32,000 nt of DNA, taken from positions 300,001 through 332,000 of the forward strand of contig JANQNC010000001.1 of assembly GCA_028279745.1 (NCBI GenBank), in the 5' to 3' direction. Under the pieces are notes generated by a model that saw only the letters and a list, made by a program, of their open reading frames with translations, did no database searches and was not told the origin of the DNA. The DNA comes from Candidatus Nanoarchaeia archaeon. Its GTDB lineage: Archaea > Nanobdellota > Nanobdellia > Woesearchaeales > JANQNC01. The position numbers were made by a program, and so were the translations under genes. Position 1 is the first letter of the stretch; each line of letters begins with the position of its first letter. This document shows positions 23,532 through 31,287 of this stretch, piece by piece.

Positions 23532-24452
23532 ATGAATAAATCAAAAAAGGGGCTATTACTTGTATTAACAACAGCACTGATATCTGGAGTATCAATTTTC
23601 TTAAACGGGTTTGGAGTAAAAGGATTTGACTCATCCGTATTTACATTCTCAAAAAACTTACTTGTAGGCGTATTTTTACTTGCAGTAATAATGGGAGTTG
23701 GACAGTTTAGTTCATTGAAAGAGTTAAGCAAAAAACAATGGCTACAGCTAGTTGGCATAGGATTCATCGGAGGAAGCATCCCTTTCCTAATGTTCTTCAA
23801 AGGACTGCAGCTAACAACAGGAACAACTTCTGCATTCATACACAAAACCCTATTCATATACGCATCAATATTCGCGCTTATCTTTTTGAAAGAGAAACTA
23901 ACTAAATGGGTCTTAATTGGAGCGGGAATGCTTTTAGTTGGAACCTATTTAATGCTAAAGCCAGACTTCAGCTTTTCAATAGGGCACTTGTTAATTATTG
24001 GGGCAACAATATTCTGGGCAGTTGAGAATGTTTTGTCTAAGCACGTACTTAAAGAAGTTAAAGGAAATGTGGTTGCATTTGGTAGAATGTTCTTCGGAGC
24101 AGGCTTTATCTTTGCTTTCTTATTATTTACAGGAAAGGCACCAACCATAATATCAATGTCTCTCGAACAGTACTTATGGATACTTGTAACTACTGTGTTC
24201 TTGATGGGCTATGTGATGACATACTACAATGGGTTAAAGCATGTAAAAGTAAGCACAGCAACATCAGTTCTTGCTTTGGGAGCACCAATAACAACACTGC
24301 TTGGAGTTTTGTTTAAAGGCAGCGCAGTGAGCGTCTATCAAGTATTAGGCATGGTGCTGGTTGTTGCAGGAGTTATGTCAATAACAATACTATCTTACCT
24401 TTCATCATCTGTCGTAAAATCAAGAGATGTGGTTAAAGATGAATGGAATTGA
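23532..24452 (+). CDS. EamA/DMT-superfamily transporter
   Basis: Two-repeat polytopic membrane protein of EamA-like length. I start at ATG 23532 (GGTGA-N5-ATG); the ORF-track GTG 23523 lies inside the SD. Confidence 0.8.
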   Translation: MNKSKKGLLLVLTTALISGVSIFLNGFGVKGFDSSVFTFSKNLLVGVFLLAVIMGVGQFSSLKELSKKQWLQLVGIGFIGGSIPFLMFFKGLQLTTGTTSAFIHKTLFIYASIFALIFLKEKLTKWVLIGAGMLLVGTYLMLKPDFSFSIGHLLIIGATIFWAVENVLSKHVLKEVKGNVVAFGRMFFGAGFIFAFLLFTGKAPTIISMSLEQYLWILVTTVFLMGYVMTYYNGLKHVKVSTATSVLALGAPITTLLGVLFKGSAVSVYQVLGMVLVVAGVMSITILSYLSSSVVKSRDVVKDEWN

Positions 24453-25149
24453 GCTGGCAATCAGATTTTCTTATGTTGTTAATTCATTAAGGTACTGTGG
24501 ACCAGAATCAGAAGATGATTTCTTGAAATATCTCAATGGAGAAAGTAATGAGGAAGAAGTAAAAGAGTTATTCAAAAAATTTGAAGGATTCAGACCATAT
24601 ATGCAGCTAACATCAGAAAAAACAGGCAAAGATATGTTTGATTATGATGTTATAGAAGCATACTGGTTAGGAAATTCTCTTCTTGATGAATTCGATGGAG
24701 AAGATATGAAGAAAATAGTTGAGATGCTGGTTACTCGAGGATTGCCTAAGTCAATTGGGGACGAGTTGGTTAAGAATATGCCTGCAGAAGCATTTCCTCA
24801 CCACAGTTTTCATGTAATGTATGTGGGGCCTGGAAGAACAACAGGTACAGTTCCAACAAATATGGATACAATGAGCAAGTGTATTGCGTCAGAAGCAACA
24901 GTTGTTGAAGTTAACGAGGGAGAGTTAGTTGTTAAAACTTGTCCACTTGATAAGAAAGATGATAAATTTGTATTTGGGGAAGAGATCGAGAAAAAAGTCA
25001 AGTGGAAGAAAGAGATAACTCCTTCAATCAAAGTTGGAGATAAAGTTGCTTTGCATTGGGATTTTGCAGGGTTAGTTCTGACTGAGAGGCAGGTCGAGAA
25101 TTTGAAAAAGTATACCAAACAGACACTGGATACCGTAAACAACCTATAG
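24427..25149 (+). CDS. Uncharacterised protein with a C-terminal HypC/HupF-like segment
   Basis: 240 aa. The C-terminal KCIASEATVVEVNEGELVV...VGDKVALHWDFAGLVL...ENLKKY parallels the HypC of this window (MCLAVPGKIVEIKDDKAIV...EGDYVIIQGGVVV...TALKTY) and the canonical GDxVLVHxGFA motif. I recognise nothing in the N-terminal ~160 aa. ATG 24439 is an alternative start. Confidence 0.6.
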   Translation: MWLKMNGIELAIRFSYVVNSLRYCGPESEDDFLKYLNGESNEEEVKELFKKFEGFRPYMQLTSEKTGKDMFDYDVIEAYWLGNSLLDEFDGEDMKKIVEMLVTRGLPKSIGDELVKNMPAEAFPHHSFHVMYVGPGRTTGTVPTNMDTMSKCIASEATVVEVNEGELVVKTCPLDKKDDKFVFGEEIEKKVKWKKEITPSIKVGDKVALHWDFAGLVLTERQVENLKKYTKQTLDTVNNL

Positions 25150-25303
25150 ACAGCTCGTAATGCCACAATTTATGGGTTTTAGATGCCAGAATTCAGAGGT
25201 TTAAGACTTTCTTTACTACTTATTAGTGACGATATAATGAAAAGATTTAAATACTAGTTATGAATCACCATACAAGGCATTAAACAGTTATGAGGTGAAA
25301 AAC

Positions 25304-26356
25304 GTGATTATCCACTTAAACAAAAATTACTCACAAGACAGTTTAGACAGACTACTTACCAACATAAAAGAAACTGGTTTAAACGCTGAAGTCAGAGAAG
25401 GTAAATTCGAGACAGTAATCGACCTTTTCGGGGACACAAAGACAAGCGGTCTTACACCAGAACAGCTAAAGAACGATTATTCTATCATAAAAGATGTTAT
25501 GGTTATCCAGACACCTTACAAAAGGGTCGCAAGAAGAGATAGAAATGACAAGATAGTGAACTTAGGAAACCTAAAGATACGAAACAAGCACCCGATTATA
25601 ATTGCAGGACCTTGCTCTGTAGAAGATGAGGACACCATGATCGAGATTGCAAAAAAAGTAAAGAAAGCAGGAGCTAATATGCTAAGAGGCGGCGCATATA
25701 AACCAAGAAGCTCATCCTACTCATTCCAAGGAGCAGGACTAGAAGGACTTAAGATACTAGCAAAGTGCAGGGAAGAAACAGGCCTTCCAGTAGTAACTGA
25801 AGCAACAGGACTTTTTAGGCCAATAAACGGATCAGGAAAAATTGAACACATCCTTGAAAACGTAGTACAATATGCAGACATGATACAGATCGGAGCAAGA
25901 AACATGAAGAATTACGAGTTGCTAAAAATGGCTGCACACCTTACAAAAGAATCAAAGAAACCTATCCTGCTAAAGAGAGGTGAATATGCAAAAATTAGCG
26001 AATTCTTAAACTCAGCAGAATACATAGCTGATAGCGGGAATGATAACATCATACTTTGTTTAAGAGGTACGTTGACAAACGACACAAGACCAGACAAAAG
26101 ATATCAGACAGATGTAGATGACATACCAAGACTTATGAGAGAAACACATTTGCCAATAATATATGACCCAAGCCACGCATGTGGATTTGCGGAAGACGTT
26201 CCATTGTTAAGCAAACAAGCATTGATGGCAAGACCTGCAGGACTTATAGTCGAGGCTCATGTAGACCCAGTTAACGCAAAATCAGACGCAAAACAAACTA
26301 TAGACATAAACACTCTGAAAAACCTCATAGATTACAAAAACGAAAACTATTCTTAG
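25304..26356 (+). CDS. 3-deoxy-7-phosphoheptulonate (DAHP) synthase, class I-beta, with an N-terminal regulatory-type extension
   Basis: IIAGPCSVE, KPRSSSYSFQG, IGARNMKN and DPSHA motifs, with ~90 extra N-terminal residues as in Thermotoga-type enzymes. I start at GTG 25304 (GAGGTGA-N5-GTG); the ORF-track GTG 25295 is inside the SD. Confidence 0.88.
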   Translation: MIIHLNKNYSQDSLDRLLTNIKETGLNAEVREGKFETVIDLFGDTKTSGLTPEQLKNDYSIIKDVMVIQTPYKRVARRDRNDKIVNLGNLKIRNKHPIIIAGPCSVEDEDTMIEIAKKVKKAGANMLRGGAYKPRSSSYSFQGAGLEGLKILAKCREETGLPVVTEATGLFRPINGSGKIEHILENVVQYADMIQIGARNMKNYELLKMAAHLTKESKKPILLKRGEYAKISEFLNSAEYIADSGNDNIILCLRGTLTNDTRPDKRYQTDVDDIPRLMRETHLPIIYDPSHACGFAEDVPLLSKQALMARPAGLIVEAHVDPVNAKSDAKQTIDINTLKNLIDYKNENYS

Positions 26357-26390
26357 TTTTTTTATCTTCTTTTTGATAACAAGAAAGAAG
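26357..26390 (+). terminator. T7 run plus hairpin after DAHP synthase
   Basis: TTTTTTT starts directly after the TAG stop. It is followed by CTTCTTT(ttg-ataa-caag)AAAGAAG (26366-26390). Confidence 0.35.
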
Positions 26391-26437
26391 TATACTCAGA
26401 AGACTATGGACATAGTAAACAAAATAAGTTAAGAATT

Positions 26438-26914
26438 CTAATTAAACATCTTGATAACATAACTGAAAGATATTATTGTAAGAGTAACTATCGTGATCGC
26501 ATATTTATAGAACGGCCTGTACCAGTTCTTGCTTTTTACAGCTAGGAAGTATATGAAAAATGCACTAGTAGTTATCAGAAAAACACCCATCATCTGGTGA
26601 ACAATTACAGGCATGCCATTCCCCCCATAAAGATTGAATGCAATAACCCAATCAGGTGAATTCTCTACCAAATTTGTTAATGGTGCTGTTGTATGAAAGA
26701 AACCATCGCCAATTATGGCAGGCAACATAACATAATCCGAAATGTTAACCTTTTTTGAAAGGATGACAAGACCTATCCCCACAACTAATGCTATAGGGAT
26801 AAAAACTTCAGGACCCAAATGTAACTGGATTTTCTCATTAAGTACAAAGAATAACGAAACAAATACTGCTAGGATTATAATGTAAGAATTGCCTATCTGT
26901 TTTATGTTAACCAT
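26438..26914 (-). CDS. Hypothetical membrane protein
   Basis: 158-aa ORF with several hydrophobic helices. I recognise no family. Confidence 0.6.
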   Translation of the reverse strand: MVNIKQIGNSYIIILAVFVSLFFVLNEKIQLHLGPEVFIPIALVVGIGLVILSKKVNISDYVMLPAIIGDGFFHTTAPLTNLVENSPDWVIAFNLYGGNGMPVIVHQMMGVFLITTSAFFIYFLAVKSKNWYRPFYKYAITIVTLTIISFSYVIKMFN

Positions 26915-26939
26915 GGTTCAATATCTGATCTGTTAGTAT

Positions 26940-27065
26940 TTAAATTTTTTTATTGAATATTCTACTTTTTATACCATTGAAACTTATAATGATTAAGCTT
27001 ACCAAACCTAAAAGAATGACATAAGGGTTAATGCCAAGTTCGTGGTGTGCTTTTCGGTTCACCAT
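26940..27065 (-). CDS. Possible 41-aa single-pass membrane peptide downstream of hypC
   Basis: My translation is MVNRKAHHELGINPYVILLGLVSLIIISFNGIKSRIFNKKI. It has one hydrophobic helix and no convincing SD, and it is below the ORF-track size cutoff. Confidence 0.25.
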   Translation of the reverse strand: MVNRKAHHELGINPYVILLGLVSLIIISFNGIKSRIFNKKI

Positions 27066-27097
27066 TAAAGTGGTGCCAGAAAACCTTGTTTTCTGTG

Positions 27098-27307
27098 TCA
27101 TTTGAAGTTCTCCTGGTATGTCTTTAATGCAGTTATCGCTTCCTCTTCGGGGATCTTCATTACAACAACCCCTCCTTGAATGATGACATAGTCCCCCTCT
27201 TTATAGATATCTTCAACTATTGCACCTTCTCGTTTTTCTACTCCGTAATCTACGATAGCTTTGTCGTCTTTTATTTCAACTATCTTTCCTGGGACCGCTA
27301 GACACAT
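27098..27307 (-). CDS. hypC: [NiFe]-hydrogenase assembly chaperone HypC
   Basis: 69 aa with the N-terminal MCLAVPGKIVEI signature, including the essential Cys2. Confidence 0.9.
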   Translation of the reverse strand: MCLAVPGKIVEIKDDKAIVDYGVEKREGAIVEDIYKEGDYVIIQGGVVVMKIPEEEAITALKTYQENFK

Positions 27308-27309
27308 TT

Positions 27310-28125
27310 TTACACCTTAAACATCATCCTAAAAATCTTATCTAACCACTTATCTGGCATTATCCATTTCAAAAACATAAACATCTTTCCATCCATCGGA
27401 AGAACATATCTTGTTTTTGGATTATTTGACCTGCTTGCTTTATAGATTGCGTTAGCGATAACTTCTCCCGTAGGAGATCTTTTTGCCCTCTTGACAAAAT
27501 CAGTTTTTAATGCATTAGTCAACTTCCTGTAGGGTCTAGTCACTTTAACCTTGCCTAGGTGCTGCCAAGCAACTCGGTATAGATCTGTCTTAATAAAGCC
27601 CGGCTCAATCATCACAACGTTTATACCGAGATCTGAAACTTCTTGTCTTAGTGCATCTAATAATCCTTCTAATGCAAATTTCGAAGCGTTATACCAAGTA
27701 ATTATGCCTGCCGCAGCTCTTCCTGCAGTAGAAGTTACATTTATTATGTGTCCTGATTTTTGTTTACGCATATGTGGCAGGACTTCTTTTATTAATCTAG
27801 CATATGCAAAAGTGTTTGTTTCTAGTTGGGCTCTTGCTTGATCCATCGTAACATCTTCTAATGAACCATACTGAGCATACCCTGCATTGTTTACTAACAC
27901 ATCTATTCTTCCTTGCTCTTTGATTAATTTTTTAACAGCACTTTTCACTTGTTTATCATTTCTTACATCAGTATATAAAGTTTTACCCCCTAACTTTTCT
28001 AGGTCTTTGTCTGATTTTGCTCTAAAGTCAATGGCATATACTATATGCCCTTCTTTAAGAAACCGTTTAGCAGTAGCTTTACCTATTCCAGAAAATGCAC
28101 CGGTTATTAAAACAACTTTTTTCAT
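27310..28125 (-). CDS. Classical short-chain dehydrogenase/reductase (SDR)
   Basis: 271 aa with TGAFSGIGKA (TGxxxGxG), NNAG and the Ser...YNASK catalytic motif. ATGA overlap with the hypA stop; its stop lies 2 nt before the hypC start. Confidence 0.9.
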   Translation of the reverse strand: MKKVVLITGAFSGIGKATAKRFLKEGHIVYAIDFRAKSDKDLEKLGGKTLYTDVRNDKQVKSAVKKLIKEQGRIDVLVNNAGYAQYGSLEDVTMDQARAQLETNTFAYARLIKEVLPHMRKQKSGHIINVTSTAGRAAAGIITWYNASKFALEGLLDALRQEVSDLGINVVMIEPGFIKTDLYRVAWQHLGKVKVTRPYRKLTNALKTDFVKRAKRSPTGEVIANAIYKASRSNNPKTRYVLPMDGKMFMFLKWIMPDKWLDKIFRMMFKV

Positions 28126-28445
28126 TCTTCCACCTCGACACTCTTCAGCACAATGTCTTCGCCTTCTAGTACCTCAGGCACTTCACCACACTTAGGACAA
28201 AAAAATATATTCATATCATGTGAATGAGCCTCTATCTTTGGTTGGCCCTCAAAACCACACTTGCATTTTACTTTTGCAGGAGTCTCAATAACTTCAACTT
28301 CAAAATCTGCATGATCTTTTAACACGTTTTCCATATCTTTTGCAGGCAGATGAGCTAAAGCCCCACACTCAACTGTAATCTTCTTAACTTTACCTTGTTG
28401 TTTAGCTTGCTCGATAATGTTATGAGCCATAGCGTGTTCATGCAT
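28122..28445 (-). CDS. hypA: Hydrogenase nickel-insertion protein HypA
   Basis: MHEHAMAHNII N-terminus (the MHE Ni-binding motif) and the zinc site CKC...CPKC. I start at ATG 28445; the ORF-track start at 28463 is a TTG. Confidence 0.88.
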   Translation of the reverse strand: MHEHAMAHNIIEQAKQQGKVKKITVECGALAHLPAKDMENVLKDHADFEVEVIETPAKVKCKCGFEGQPKIEAHSHDMNIFFCPKCGEVPEVLEGEDIVLKSVEVEE

Positions 28446-29736
28446 CTTTCCTTTTACCTTCAAACTCTACTTCCAAGAAATGTGTTGAACATGAAAAGCA
28501 AGGATCATGAGATCTTATGAGTTCCTCTACTTTTATGATCAATTCTTCATTATTGAGATCTAGGATGTTTGGCAAGTATTCTTTTATTGCATCTTCCATG
28601 CACTTAAGGTTTTGAACTGTAGGAGTTACAATGTTAGCTTTAGTTATTGTGCCAGAATCGTCAACCTCATACTCATGGATCAAGAAACCTCTTGGTGCTT
28701 CAGTAACACCAACACCTCTGCCTGCTTTAACTTCTGCCTTGATAGGTTCCTCATCTTGAACTTTGAAATTTTCTAATCTTTTGATTATCTCTTCAATATA
28801 ATGAACAGTTTCAATACCTTGCGCGAAAGGTATCAAGAAAGGATTATTCGATGGGAACTTAATACCTGACTCTTCAAGAACTTTCTTTGCATTCTCATTT
28901 AATAAGTCAAGATTATTGTTCATCCTTGCCAAAGAACCGACCATATACGACTTTCCATCTTTAGTTATGAAGTTACAAGTAGATCTTTCTTCATGATACT
29001 CCTTAAAAAATTCATCAAACTGTTCTCTCGTATAAGTTTCACCAGTTGAACAGTATAAATCTCCAGTCAGCATAGGATACGTGTTTTCTTCTTTTATTGA
29101 AAAATACATTGTTTCCCTTTCAAAATCAGGATACTCTAAAGTTCCAAACAGCTTAGCTGCTTCAATTGCATCAGGTAATGCTTCTTTCAATCTTTGAACT
29201 AACTGATCAACTTGTTCTTGAGAAGGCGTCTTGTAAAAACCTCCAACCTGTGCAGAAACAGGATGTAAATCTCTGCCAGCAATTGTGAAAATTATGTCAT
29301 TCCCTAACTTCATAAGCTTTAGTGCCCTAAGCACAACGTCTTTATGGGTTTTAGCCAAATCCATACCAGACTCAGCACCCAGATAATCTGGCAAAGATAA
29401 AAAGTGCATGTGAGTAATGTGAGATCTTATCCTTTCTCCGATTGTGAATAGTTCCCTCAATAGTTTAGTTTGTTCGGTTACTTTAACACCCACTGAATCT
29501 TCAATAGCATAGATTGCTGCAATCTGGTGAGCACAAGAACAAATCCCACAGATTCTTGATGAGATCTCTGGAGCTTCATAATAACGTCTGCCTTTAAGCA
29601 TACCTTCAAAATATCTGGAACCTTCTATTGATTCTAGCTCGCATTTCTTAATCTCGTTATCTTCACCAATATTAAGTAAAAGCTTAGCGTGTCCTTCGAC
29701 CTTTGTTATATTGTTTAATTCAACTACTCTAGCCAT
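28438..29736 (-). CDS. hydA: [NiFe]-hydrogenase large (alpha) subunit, group 3b (sulfhydrogenase-type)
   Basis: 432 aa. N-terminal RICGICSCAH and C-terminal DPCFSCSTH Ni-Fe ligand motifs, followed by a 13-aa extension (FLEVEFEGKRKDA) for proteolytic maturation. Confidence 0.92.
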   Translation of the reverse strand: MARVVELNNITKVEGHAKLLLNIGEDNEIKKCELESIEGSRYFEGMLKGRRYYEAPEISSRICGICSCAHQIAAIYAIEDSVGVKVTEQTKLLRELFTIGERIRSHITHMHFLSLPDYLGAESGMDLAKTHKDVVLRALKLMKLGNDIIFTIAGRDLHPVSAQVGGFYKTPSQEQVDQLVQRLKEALPDAIEAAKLFGTLEYPDFERETMYFSIKEENTYPMLTGDLYCSTGETYTREQFDEFFKEYHEERSTCNFITKDGKSYMVGSLARMNNNLDLLNENAKKVLEESGIKFPSNNPFLIPFAQGIETVHYIEEIIKRLENFKVQDEEPIKAEVKAGRGVGVTEAPRGFLIHEYEVDDSGTITKANIVTPTVQNLKCMEDAIKEYLPNILDLNNEELIIKVEELIRSHDPCFSCSTHFLEVEFEGKRKDA

Positions 29737-30491
29737 TTTTTCTTAGCATCCTCTTTCTCTTTATATTTTAAACCTTCGAAAGCATCAATCCTTTGTTTGA
29801 TGAATTTCTCATCATACCCTTTCTCTTTTAAAACTTTGATCATAAGTTCAAAATTAGCATCCTGAGCAGGGCCTCTGCAACCCCAACAAACTAATCCACC
29901 ATTAGTGCAGACTGAGTTACAGCCCCCATTAGTTACAGGACCAAGACACGGAAGACCTTTTTCTAGTAAACAAGGATTTCCGTTATGCCTGCACTCAATA
30001 CAAACGGGTTTTGAGTACATCAAAGGTTTTTTGCCTCTTAATAAGTCATCAATAAACCCAAGAATCTCTTTTTTATCTGGAGGACAGCCTTGGATGTAAT
30101 AATCTACTTTAACATATTTGTCAACAGGACTTGGATCAACATCCGTAATCTCTAAAGCTTTATGGTAAATTAATGGTTGAATGTTTTCAGGAGGTGTGAA
30201 GTTTCTTAATGCTGGAACTCCTCCAGTAGTTGCACACGCACCTAAAGCTATGAAAATATCACATTGATCTCTGATCTTTTTTACCATCTCTTCATCGTGC
30301 TTAGATGTAACAACCCCTTCAAAGAAAACAATGTCTAAATGCCCGTCATACACTTTTTCTTTAATGAACGGAAAACTTTTTACATCTATCTTTTCTAAAA
30401 CTCCCAATAACTCTTCCTCGTTAAATATAACTGAAAGTAGACAACCTTGACATCCTGTCACGCTATAAAATCCTACTTTAGGCTTAGTCAT
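29724..30491 (-). CDS. hydD: [NiFe]-hydrogenase small (delta) subunit, group 3b
   Basis: The MTKPKVGFYSVTGCQGC start is typical of cytoplasmic group 3 small subunits, and several Fe-S Cys motifs follow. I start at ATG 30491, which overlaps the hydG stop by 8 nt. Confidence 0.88.
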   Translation of the reverse strand: MTKPKVGFYSVTGCQGCLLSVIFNEEELLGVLEKIDVKSFPFIKEKVYDGHLDIVFFEGVVTSKHDEEMVKKIRDQCDIFIALGACATTGGVPALRNFTPPENIQPLIYHKALEITDVDPSPVDKYVKVDYYIQGCPPDKKEILGFIDDLLRGKKPLMYSKPVCIECRHNGNPCLLEKGLPCLGPVTNGGCNSVCTNGGLVCWGCRGPAQDANFELMIKVLKEKGYDEKFIKQRIDAFEGLKYKEKEDAKKKWLE

Positions 30492-31287
30492 TTTTGAAAT
30501 TCTCCAGCTCATCCCATCTAAAGACAGGACCATCTAAACAAGTATATTTGCCATGAATCATGCAATGACCACACATTCCTAAAGCACATTGCATCAATCT
30601 TTCAGCACTTAAGAAAATTTGTTCCGATTTGAAACCTTTTTCTTTCAGTAATCCTATTATCTTGTTGATCATGATAGGTGGACCGCAAAGGAATGCAACA
30701 GTGTTTTCGCTGTTTATATCTAGTTCTTTCATCCTTTCCATCAGATAACCCGTTTTCATCTCAAAACAAGCCAGGTCATCACCTTCTTCTGCTTTGTCAA
30801 CAGACATCATCAAATTGTATTTATTTTTCCATTCAGGAGTTTCTCTTCTGAATAAAACATCATGAACACTTCTATAACCGAAGAAAAGATCGATGTTTTG
30901 GTAGTCTTCTCTGTTCTGGTCAACATAATCAATAATCCCTTTTAGTGGAGCAACACCACAGCCGCCACCTATGATCAAAAGGTTGTTGCCTTTTAGCTCT
31001 TGCATAGGATAACCTTTACCGTAAGGACCTCTGACCCATATCTCGTCACCTTCTTTTAGCTTTCCAAGACTGTTTGTTACTGAGCCAATCTCTCTAACGT
31101 TTAGTTTCATGTGATCTTTTGAATATGAACAGATAGAGATCGGAGCTTCACCAATACCTGGGAGAGATACTTGAATGAACTGACCTGGTTCGTGGTCAGT
31201 TTTGAAATCTATCACGATAGAGAAATTATCAGGGCTTTCTCTATAAAATTCTAAAATTTTTACCTTTTGTGGGATGTAGTCATTCAT
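30484..31287 (-). CDS. hydG: Sulfhydrogenase gamma subunit (FAD/NAD(P)H-binding, [2Fe-2S])
   Basis: 267 aa. Ferredoxin-NADP-reductase-like fold motifs (GGGCGVAPL) and a C-terminal CALGMCGHC...C cluster, as in PyrK-type proteins. Confidence 0.85.
   Translation of the reverse strand: MNDYIPQKVKILEFYRESPDNFSIVIDFKTDHEPGQFIQVSLPGIGEAPISICSYSKDHMKLNVREIGSVTNSLGKLKEGDEIWVRGPYGKGYPMQELKGNNLLIIGGGCGVAPLKGIIDYVDQNREDYQNIDLFFGYRSVHDVLFRRETPEWKNKYNLMMSVDKAEEGDDLACFEMKTGYLMERMKELDINSENTVAFLCGPPIMINKIIGLLKEKGFKSEQIFLSAERLMQCALGMCGHCMIHGKYTCLDGPVFRWDELENFKND

Noticed and set aside
27030-27097. Relatively GC-richer patch (..GTGGTGTGCTTTTCGGTTCACCATTAAAGTGGTGCCA..) considered as a tRNA or tRNA fragment
   Set aside because: I could not build an acceptor, D, anticodon or T arm. 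There is only a GGTTC-like pentamer and short 5-bp stems, and the length is insufficient.
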